A stretch of DNA of 64,000 bases, taken from NCBI GenBank assembly GCA_964234715.1, contig OZ174279.1, one strand, 5' to 3'. Below are positions 55,101 through 64,000 of this stretch, piece after piece (the first letter of the stretch is position 1; every line of letters begins with the position of its first letter). Made by a program: the position numbers and the translations under genes. The notes beneath the pieces were generated by a model. The model had not been told where the DNA came from. It did not search any database and worked only from the letters and a program-made list of their open reading frames with translations. The stretch is from Podarcis melisellensis (Eukaryota).

Positions 55101-58100
55101 CTACAGGACTTGAGTCCTCTTCCAACAAGATCTCCATGTTTTCTTCTCCAAGCAAGGCCTTTAGTGCTAGCTCATGTCTCATTGCATCAAACAACAAAGA
55201 GTTAAAAGAGCTGTTGAGGTATTTGATATGCCCGTGCATCTTCTCATCATTTTTTTCCAGGATGCCAATATTGTCAGACAGCTTTTCTGCATGAGAATTG
55301 AGGAGGGACATGCCACCTTCCAGCTTTTGACTCTGCTTCTGTTGGCTTTCTAGAACCTGATGTATAATAGGGAAAGCTGCATTAAGATCCTTTAAGCGTG
55401 CCTCAAGTTGCTTTATTTCTTCTCTGTTGACCTGAGTGATGTTCACTAGATCCTCTGTAACAACAGGTGAAGATGGTGTTTCGCAATGACATGCTTTCAG
55501 AGACCTCTCTAAATCCCACTGGCTGTCTTCAATATTGGACAGAGTGTTGTTGAGAACAAGAATCTTCCTTTCCAGATCATCCCTGTATTCCTCTATTATA
55601 AGACTCTTCTCTATTAAATCAACTCTGAACTCCTCCAGGTCGTGCTTCAAGGTGGCTTTCAAGCTCGCAATGGAATCGCTTAGTTCTGTGTAGTCCTCAT
55701 CAGACTCATCAAAAATTTTGGTCAGCTGCTGTGCATGCGCTGCCAGGGTCTCATTGAGGATCTGAATGTCCCTCTCAATAAATGCTTCGTTTTGGCTGCC
55801 AAATTGTATTGGGTATACTGCTAAATTTCTATTCAGAGTCTTGAGCTCATCTTCAAGCTTGTTTTGCTGCTGTCTCATGTCTGTCAGGCTGCTGTTTAAG
55901 GCTGACAAATAGAAGTGTTGTGTCTTTTGGTGTCTCTTGAGCTTCAGATCAGTGTCTGCTTTGATCATGGTGAGATTGTAGTGCAAGGCTGCCTGCTGCG
56001 AGTGTAAATGATTCTCTATTTCTCTCTTCACATGGTCCACTCTCAAAAGGTTGGCTTGAACCTTGGATTCAAACTTCGTTCCCAACTCTTGAAAATCTTT
56101 CTTGGGCACGGTGCTTTCTTGGAAGATCTCTATACTTTTCCGATTGGCCTCGACGTTCTTTGAGAGATTTTTCACGGCAGCAGAAAGATCCTGTAGACTT
56201 TTATTGAAGCTTGCCCAGACTGGGTCGAAATGCTCCTTCAAGAAACTCTGCACGTGGGGAAAGAGTGTTTGCTGGAGGAATTGCTCCTGTACTTCTGAAA
56301 TACAAATAAAAACAATATAAGGTAACGTGGGCAGTTATTCCTTTAGAATTGTGTGCCCGCCTTTGACGTCAATTCGGAAACTGCAGCTGGTGCAGAATTC
56401 AATGGCCGCACTGCTGTCTGGAGCAAGACAGTGCAAGAAGATAACACTTTATTGTGGCACAACCGCATTGGGTACCAATTAGCCCAAGCCAACTCAAAAG
56501 TGCTGGTTTGGACCTGTAAAACCATATGCCACTCAGGAACCCCAATAGCTCAAGGGCCACCTCTCTCTACATGAGCCACACCAGATTCTGTGGTCATCAT
56601 CTGAGACCCTTCTGCACATGCCCCATCTGAGGGAGGAGGCACAAGAACAGGCCTTTTCAGTGGTGGCCCCTTGCTTCTGGAATGTTCTCCCAAGGGAAGC
56701 ACACAGGGTGCCATCTTTAGTTTCAGCCACCAGGCAAAACATTTCTTTTAAACCAGGCCCTCAGCCAACTAAGTAGGAGGGTTTTAGATATCTGTGGCCT
56801 CTTACTTGGATGGAACGTATGTGATTCTAGGTTTTTATTCTGTTCTGGTTTTAATGCTTATACTACTTTGTACGTCACCTTGGGCTGCTTTTTTGTGAAA
56901 AACACGACTAATAAATACAATTAATAATAATCATTAGATGCCAATGATGGACTCATAGCTCATCCAATCCTGAACACTCAGGCCAGCTCAAGCACTCCCC
57001 CAGCAAATATACTTAGGGTAGGGCAAGCAGCACACAAATTATTATGTAATACAATTAATTGCCACCCTTCCTTCAGGGAGCTCAGAGTGACTTAAGTGCT
57101 CGACACATCCACACACCCATTTTATCATCATAGTAACCCATGAAAAACGGGCTGATCCAAGCTCAGACAGTGAGCTTGATGACTGAGCTGGGGAAGGAGA
57201 TTTTGAAGCAGATTTTTACGGCCAGTAATTTTGTGTCATGGTTCCCTCTGAGCACCCTTGATTCAGACCAGGAGTGGAAGGCACTTGAGGACAAGGATTC
57301 AGAAGGGGAGAAAGAGACTATGTGGCAAGGTGCAAAACTTGCTGGAACCATTTCACAGCTCCCGTGCAGTCTTTGAACCCTTGCTGCTATTCTCAGACTC
57401 CTGAACCTTGGCGCTTGCTCTCAGACTGGATTTATTGTTGCAGCTCCTTTGCCTTGCAAGAACATCTTGACTATATCCTGCTCTTTTTCCAGTTGCTGAG
57501 TTCGTACATTTAGGCTGCTCTACTTAAAGTATACTTCTTTACGAACAGTAAACACACCTGTAATCTGGTTCTCGGCTGCAGCCAGGACTATGAGTGCAAG
57601 GGGTATGTCAAAACTTGAAAATACAAATGCCTTCTCTTAAACCTCTCCAAGCTAAACGCACAACACTTCCAACCATTCTGCATAGGGCTTGGCTTCCAGA
57701 TCCCCAACGTGCCCTCATTTAGTCACACTCCAGTTTGTCAAGAGTCCTGCCCGTCAATGACTTGTGCACCCAACTCTGCCCACCCTTTTGTGGCTGTGCT
57801 CTCACCTGATTGGTTGTGGCTCGCTGCTCGCCTTGTGCTGCTGCTGTTATAATGAAGCACCTTCTGTAAGACTCCCAAGTTGCTTGTGGCCTGGTGAATA
57901 TCGTTCTGCAGATCTTCCAGCAGGCCTTCGTGGCTTTCTTGGGCTTCTGCGATATCTCCTGATCCCAACGACAAAGGGCAGGAACAAATGAAACCATTTA
58001 CAACGTACCTCAGCCTGGAAGGTAGCATTACTTGGAGGAAAGCATTAGAAGACACTGCAGAGCACCCTTGCACACAGCTAACAGCTGCCTGCTCCACTCT

Positions 58101-58556
58101 GCCCCCCACCCCCAGCCCTATAGACCCAGGAGAAATGTCAGGAAGAAACATTACAACACCCATTGTTCAAGTACAGTGGTACCTCTGGTTGAGAACAGGA
58201 TCCTTTCCGGAATCGTGTTCGCAACCTGAACAGAATGCAACCTGTGCAGATTGTGATTTGCCGCTTCTGCGCATGCGCGTGATGTCATTTTGAGTGTCTG
58301 CGCATGCGAGAGCGGCGACACCTGGAAGTAACTCATTCCATTACTTCTGGGTCGCCGCGGTACGTATCCTGAAAAAACGTAACCTGAACCTAACGTAACG
58401 AGGTATGACTGCAACGTAAGGGAGATTTGGGCCATTAGTTTCTCATCCATTTGCAAAGCTCTATTAGGCTGCAACCCTATGCTTACTTACCTGGCAGTAA
58501 GTCTCACTGAACTCAGTGAAGTTAACTTCTAAGTAAAACACACATGATTGCACTGT

Positions 58557-58599
<43 letters not shown>

Positions 58600-61500
58600 T
58601 TCAGGCAGCTATGCTTTGCTTGAATAGACCAACACCATACATTTCAAAAATATTCTGTCCTATGAAGAAATGTCATGCAGACGGATAAACGGTTTAAGGG
58701 ATGCATTATTCTAATGGTGAAAGAATATATTGAATTAAAACGTACTCTGGCTGGAGAACTCTTCTTGTTCTTCCTCCCAGCTTTCCGGCTGATTGGTGGA
58801 CATCGGAAGAAAATTAGGATCTGCAAATTAAGTTTCCCAAGTCAGTGATTCTCTTTTTGCAGTTCAGCACTGTGGGGGAGGGTATTCTTTTCATTTAGGT
58901 AGAGTCTGGATTCATAAAGCATCCCTAGCATTAATCTCTTGCTTCCAGACATGCTGGTGAATTAGAATTATAGCACCTAATATATAAATAAACATAATTA
59001 CCATCAGTATAGTACTTTAGGAGTATTCAGAGCACTTCACAATCATTCTGAGAATCCTTATGACAACCCTGTAAGGTTGGCCAATATTATCCCCATATTG
59101 CAGCAGTTGGGGCAGAATGAGACCAAAGCACATAGGCTAAAGTCAATGCAATAAAATAAAATAAAAATAGGAACTTTGCCAACTTCTCCAACCTCTGCCA
59201 ATCTCATCCCCCTACTCTACCAGAAGAAGACAAAAATGCAAAAAGATGTGTATCCAGGAAAAGTGTTTATGAAAATGCACATATTTTGTGGGAAAATCAC
59301 ATAAAAATACGCATTCTATCAGGAGTAACTGCTTGAAAACATGTATATTAGTCAACACAGCATAAAATGTGTTTATTAGGAGAAATTTGCACTAAATGCT
59401 GACAATTTTTATGATTTTCCTCAACAACAACACCACCAACAAAACTGAATTTGAGAAATGGAAAAAACCAAAATGGGTAATACTAGCCTGGTAAAGAGGA
59501 GACTGAGAGGAGATATGATAGCTATCTTCAAATATCTAAAGGGCTGCCACACGGAACATGGAGCAAGCTTGCTTTCTCCTGCCCTGGAGGGTAGGACTTG
59601 AACCAATGGCTTCGAGTTACAAGAAAGGAGATTGTGACTAAGCATTAGGAAGAACTTTTTGCTGGTAAGAGCTGTTTGACAGTGGAACAGACTCCTTTGG
59701 GAAGTAGCAGACTCTCCTTCCTCGGAGGTCTTTAAGCAGAGGCTGGATGGCCACCTGTCATGGATGATCTAGTTGAGATTCCTGCATAGCAGGGGGTTGG
59801 ACTAGATGACCCTTGGGGTCCCTTCCAATTTTATGATTCTCTGCCCATCCCTTTCCTTCTCCCATCTGAACAAGACTCACTGCTGTTACCTTTGCAGTGT
59901 AGCAAGGAGCAGACTGCACTGCAGTGACTTCCACATTGCAAGGGGGGTGACCCAAGGGGCCTTGGGATAAATAAGGTAAAAACCATCCAGGGGTCCTTTA
60001 CCTAAGTCCACTCAAAGGCGACTATGGGGCTGTGGCGCTCATCTCACTTTCAGGCCGAGGGAGCCAGCGTTTGTCCACAGACAGCTTCTCTGGGTCATGT
60101 GGCCAGCATGACTAAACCACTTCTGGCGCAACAGGACACCGTGATGGAAGCCAGAGCACACGGAAACACTATTTACCTTCCCGCCACAGTGGTACCTAAT
60201 TGTCTACATGGACTAGTGTGCTTTTGAATTGCTAGGTTGGCAGGAGCTGGGGCAGAGCAACAGGAGCTCACCCTGTTGCAGGGATTTGAACCGCTGACCT
60301 TCTGATCAGCAAGCCCAAGAGGCTCAGCGATTTAGACCACAACGCCACCCACATCCCAGGTCGACCGAACAAGCCTAGCGCATGCCCAGCACAAACTAGA
60401 TGCATCCTATAAAGTGCCCCAGTATATTTTATGAGATATCACTACAGCTGTGTCCAGCCTTAACATTTATTCACCTTAGGGCCTTGCTTACCGTGATGTT
60501 CACAGTTCCTGCCAAAGTAGCCCGGGCAGCACTTCCAATACAAAATGTTCTTGACTTTTTGTTTAACCTGGTAAATGGGCTTCAAAGCCGCTCTGTACCT
60601 AGAGGTAGAAAAGCAAACACTTGAGAGATAGCAGGCAAACAAAATTTCAGATGATGAAATTGGGTATACTGATACCCTGGCTTTTTAATAAAGAAATATG
60701 CCAACTGTCACAGAGCGTACAAGTTGGTAAATCACCCGCAATTCAGAATTTAACGCTTTATTAGCAAAAACACGATCACTACTGACTTAATGAGCACTGC
60801 GATTCTGTCCCTGTCAGTCTTCTTCCATGTAAACAGTTGCTGAGACTGAAACGCCTTGCCTTCCCATAGCCATCTAAGTCTCCTCCTCTCCAGGGCTTTC
60901 CCAAAGCAATTGGAGACTGTGCCTGCATGCAATCTGTTGCTGCTCTGCCCATTTCAGCCCTCTTCTGGTTCTAGGAGATGGGAGGAGGGGAGCTTGTCAC
61001 AGCAGGAGGGGGAGACACCCGTGACTCATCACTGCCTCTTGGCCTCCCCTCCTCCACCTCACCTGCGTCAGCTTCTACCTGCGATTCTCAACTTCTCTCT
61101 GCCACAGTCTCTCCCAGCTCACTAAGCCCTGTTGCCCCTCCAGCTTCCGACACCTCTTCCCAGTCTTCTCCCTCTGACCCCTCACCATTGTCCCACAACT
61201 TCTCCTCGGGCTCTGATCCTTCCTTTGGTAGTTCCCCAGCTGATTCCTCCTGCCATTCCTCTGCATCCAACCAGTCCATGACACCAACCTAGCCTATAGG
61301 GGGGAGGGGACTTCCATGAGAAACCTGGTAGAAAATGCCTCATCCTCATGGGAGCTGGCATGCAGCAAAGCATAGCATTCAGGAATGCACGCAAGAGGAG
61401 AGGTCCCACTTCTGACCTCTTTCCATCCTTCTTTCTGGATAACGATCTCTTTATGACTCATAGGAGTGTTGGGATATTTTTCTAGGAGCACTCTAGCAGC

Positions 61501-61839
61501 CTCTGCACATATAGGGGAAGTGCAAGTGGCTTGGGCTAAGAATCACATCCAGCTTGCAACCTGCCCTTTCTTCCCTCTAGTCATCTCTAGAAACAAATAA
61601 CCTGGGCACTAAAGCAATGCGAGGGGAACAGGGGTCTCCCAATTCCAGGATATTCATAGTGCAGGCAAGGCCTTAAAGTTATCACAAAACCCCATTAAAG
61701 AGGCTGTCAGACTTACATGATCTTCTGGCAATCTGGAGTCCCATTTGGACATGGTTGCTGAGACTTAATTACATATTTCTCTGTCTTGCAAACAGCAATA
61801 TACGTGACCAGGCGGGACTGCGGAGACGAGCACCAGTTC
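51732..61839 (-). CDS. MMRN2: Multimerin-2, 5'-partial spliced CDS (6 exons; signal-peptide exon not found in window)
   Basis: Exons on minus: 61839-61717, 60598-60492, 58820-58746, 57958-57806, 56294-54420, 52111-51732. GT-AG introns with compatible phases. EMI domain, long coiled coil and C1q domain ending GFLIFKT. Lies tail-to-tail with BMPR1A as in mammals. Confidence 0.95.
54011..54235. mobile_element. Tc1/mariner-pogo-type MITE (same subfamily as 50148)
   Basis: CAGTGGGACCTTGGTTG...CAACCTAGGTACCACTG. Confidence 0.85.
54420..56294 (-). CDS. MMRN2: MMRN2 large coiled-coil exon (1875 nt)
   Basis: Covers most of the 632-aa ORF 54355-56253. tttcag acceptor, gtacgt donor. [22 protein letters not shown] resembles MMRN2. 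Confidence 0.95.
56480..56930 (+). mobile_element. L2-type LINE 3' fragment
   Basis: FKVLVWT.K and [17 protein letters not shown]2 C-terminal motifs; A/T-rich tail. Confidence 0.7.
57806..57958 (-). CDS. MMRN2: MMRN2 exon 5 ([22 protein letters not shown]...HNQS)
   Basis: 153 nt, phase 1-1, atcag acceptor, gtgaga donor. Confidence 0.88.
58174..58411. mobile_element. Tc1/mariner-pogo-type MITE in MMRN2 intron 4
   Basis: CAGTGGTACCTC...GAGGTATGACTG. Confidence 0.85.
58559..58599. repeat. (AAT)n microsatellite
   Basis: Direct reading. Confidence 0.95.
58746..58820 (-). CDS. MMRN2: MMRN2 exon 4 (acidic linker [25 protein letters not shown])
   Basis: 75 nt, tttgcag acceptor, gtacgt donor, phase 1-1, open frame. 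Confidence 0.8.
59483..59840 (+). mobile_element. CR1 LINE 3' fragment
   Basis: [23 protein letters not shown]2 C-terminus; 3' UTR gggttggactagatgacc...ttccaa...tatgattct. Confidence 0.85.
59973..60357 (-). mobile_element. Sauria SINE, older copy
   Basis: Reverse complement is homologous to the copy at 5044; aaggtaaa tail remnant. Confidence 0.85.
60492..60598 (-). CDS. MMRN2: MMRN2 exon 3 (EMI C-half: [35 protein letters not shown])
   Basis: 107 nt, WxCCPGY motif, gtaagc donor. Confidence 0.95.
60706..61283 (-). mobile_element. Solo LTR (578 bp) in MMRN2 intron 2
   Basis: TGTCA...TGACA inverted termini, perfect 5-bp TSD CCAAC (60701-60705 and 61284-61288), AATAAA on minus at 60762-60757. 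Confidence 0.85.
61717..61839 (-). CDS. MMRN2: MMRN2 exon 2 (EMI domain N-half: [40 protein letters not shown])
   Basis: 123 nt, cctag acceptor, gtaagt donor, EMI NWC motif. Confidence 0.95.
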
Positions 61840-61911
61840 CTAGGGGAGAAGAGGGAAACGCAGGCAGGAATTGTGAGAACAGCTACCATTGGCCTCTATA
61901 TCAGGCAAACA

Positions 61912-62655
61912 GTTTTTATTAAAGATTGTATTGTGCAACAAACAAAGGAAAGTACAGTCATACCTCATGTTACGTTTGCTTCAGATTGTGCATTTTCAGG
62001 TTGCATCCCATGGCGACCTGGAAGTACCGGAAAGGGTTACTTCTGGGTTTCGCCACTCGCGCATGCACAGAGGCGCAAAATGATGTCATGCACATGCGCA
62101 AAAGCCCCGAATCGTGACCCGCAGGTGCGGGTTGCATTCTGTTCAGGTTGTGAATGGGCCTCCGGAACAGATCCCATTCGCAACCAGAGGTACCACTGTA
62201 CATATAGCATCTTCACTTTCAATTCATAGAGTCTCGTTCACAATTTGTTTACATTTGGTATGAGACACTGTTGTCATATAATTGGGGGTGGGGGAAGAGG
62301 AGGGGGGAGAGTGATGGGGGATATTGATCTTCCATTCTATTGCGTAGTGCTTGTGCAGGGTTTGTGTGTCAGCATCACAAGGTTGGTCACAATGTTGGCA
62401 TTGTGAGAGATTGGAGGCTCCATTTGGCTTGGTTGGATGCCTCTGGTTGATTGCAGTGTGGTTTGCTTGAATGTGGAGTGAGGGGAGATTGTTGAGTCAG
62501 ATTAACCATCCTGAGTCATATGCTGGGGTGGGGGAGTAGGTCATTGTGTTGTTGTGCTGTATTCGTAATAAAGGCTGGCCACACCGGGCTGAAGGCATCC
62601 TCCTTTGCTTGTCCCCTTGCTAGTTTAAATGTGTTGGTTATCATTTCTAGTAGGT
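61912..62655 (-). mobile_element. Probable 5'-truncated L1/Tx1-like LINE, interrupted by a MITE
   Basis: Minus-strand LLEMITNTFKLARG...FSPVWPAFI resembles the non-mammalian L1 ORF2 C-terminus; AATAAAAA at 61920-61913. Confidence 0.5.
61955..62198. mobile_element. Tc1/mariner-pogo-type MITE in MMRN2 intron 1 (inverted relative to 58174 copy)
   Basis: CAGTCATACCTC...GAGGTACCACTG, TA TSD. Confidence 0.88.
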
Positions 62656-62890
62656 CGGTTTCTCCTACATTTTGGTACTAGTGGTCCACATTCCCTCCTC
62701 TATGTCCCTTTCATGAGTGCACAGCAGGCAGAATTTCACAGGGGGAGCTTTTCCAATCAGTGCATCATGCTGCTAATGAAATGCTTCCTCTGTTGGTTTC
62801 AGTCTCCCGTGTGTCGTGGCAAAAAATCCACTCTTCAAAGGCACTGTTAAAGTCACAAAACCCCTGTCCTGGTTTGCTTCTGGTTACCCT

Positions 62891-63142
62891 GCGCCAGTGT
62901 GGTGTAGTGGTTAAGAGCGGTAGACTCGTGATCTGGGGAACCGGGTTCGCGTCTCCGCTCCTCCACATGCAGCTGCTGGGCGACCTTGGGCTAGTCATAC
63001 TTCTCTGAAGTCTCTCAGCCTCACTCACCTCACAGAGTGTTTGTTGTGGGGGAGGAAGGGAAAGGAGATTGTTAGATGCTTTGAGACTCCTTAGGGTAGT
63101 GATAAAGCGGGATATCAAATCCAATCTCCTCCTCTCCTCTCC
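62891..63142 (+). mobile_element. Squam3-like tRNA-derived SINE, young
   Basis: A box TGGTGTAGTGG, B-box-like GGTTCGCGTCTCC, CpGs retained, (CTC)n-like tail. Family name from memory. Confidence 0.75.
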
Positions 63143-64000
63143 TATCCACAGGTCAGCCTTTCAAAACCTGGTGCCCTTCAGATGTTCTGGACTCCAACTC
63201 CATCAGCCCCAGCCAGCATGGTTTAATGGTCAGGAATGATGGGAGTTGTAGTTCAACAACACATGGAGTTAGTGAAGACTGTGCTGTGAACTGGTCCCAA
63301 AGCTCACCTTCTTGAAACTAACAGTTGGCAGACTCTATGCTCTGGCATTTTTGCAAACATGGAAAAGGCTGCCCTTTGCCTGTGCAATGTTGCAAAATGC
63401 TGTTTGCAGAGGGGCCTCCCATCGTGTTGCACATAGAACTGTGCTGGCACACAGGTTGCGAATGAGCTCTCTTGAGAAACGACATTGTGCTGATATAAAT
63501 ATCCCTCTCTCTCCCGAGAAGTAGGCAGGCCAGCAGACAACAACACAAAATGTAACGTTTCCACACAATGCCACCAGCGCCATGCAGGCAATTCAGAAAG
63601 GTCAGGAGACCTTTCCACTCAGCTGTTGGAGTCAGATTTGCATTGAAACTGGGCGGCTTTCTGTCGGCGTGGAGAGAGCTCGCAGCTATGAAAGAATGGC
63701 TGGACTTAGCTGCAGTTTTATATCTTCCAGTGGGAACTGATATCTCTGATAATCGCCATACATGGGAAAGTTTTTGCTTTAAGGCCGAGTGGCAGAAACA
63801 ATGGGAAAGTGCGTAAGGCAGGAGAAAGGAGGCTGAGGTCACTTCTGGCAGGAGCAGGAACTTAGCAACCAGTACACTGAGGCAGGAAACCAAGGAAAGC
63901 AAGCCCTGAAAACAAGGGTCGCAATCCACCCAAAAGTTAAGCACATTTAAAAGTACTTTCCTCCCAAAAAACCCAGAGTCCTTTCTTTTGGGGGTAATTC

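Noticed and set aside
54355-56253. 632-aa ORF as a stand-alone intronless gene
   Set aside because: It is the large internal MMRN2 exon. The listed start is a GTG within the exon and the tail runs past the donor at 54419.
62891-62965. tRNA gene
   Set aside because: The Pol III boxes belong to a SINE head that continues into a SINE body and tail; no complete cloverleaf is evident.
63304-63944. ORFs of 208 aa and 104 aa as MMRN2 exon 1 or a novel gene
   Set aside because: Non-ATG starts and no convincing similarity to an MMRN2 signal peptide or any known domain. Probably intron 1 sequence, although a donor-like AAG|gtgag exists at 63307.

Overview
This is vertebrate genomic DNA, AT-rich and without a CpG island. 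The repeat content (Sauria SINE, Squam3-like SINE, BovB-type RTE, CR1/L2 LINEs, CAGTGGTACCTC-ended MITEs) points to a squamate, most likely a lacertid lizard; that assignment is inference. Two convergent genes are present, in the same arrangement as the human locus. BMPR1A (+ strand) has a complete 11-exon CDS at 29985-44995 (1602 nt, 533 aa), a probable non-coding exon at 18657-18777 and a long 3' UTR; its first exon and promoter are probably upstream of the window. MMRN2 (- strand) has six coding exons at 61839-51732 (EMI domain, coiled coil, C1q); its signal-peptide exon was not found in the window. The introns hold about 12 TA-flanked MITEs, several hAT MITEs, SINEs, LINE fragments and a clean solo LTR. 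Leads worth following: (1) the solo LTR carries a decayed acidic/basic ORF starting at its 5th base; (2) a pair of overlapping uORFs in the BMPR1A 5' UTR, one apparently peptide-conserved; (3) an inverted MITE pair bracketing MMRN2 exons 2-4; (4) MITEs carrying NRF1/ETS/CCAAT motifs; (5) a Sauria SINE with an internal micro-inversion. Comparisons to human sequences and repeat families come from memory and need database confirmation.
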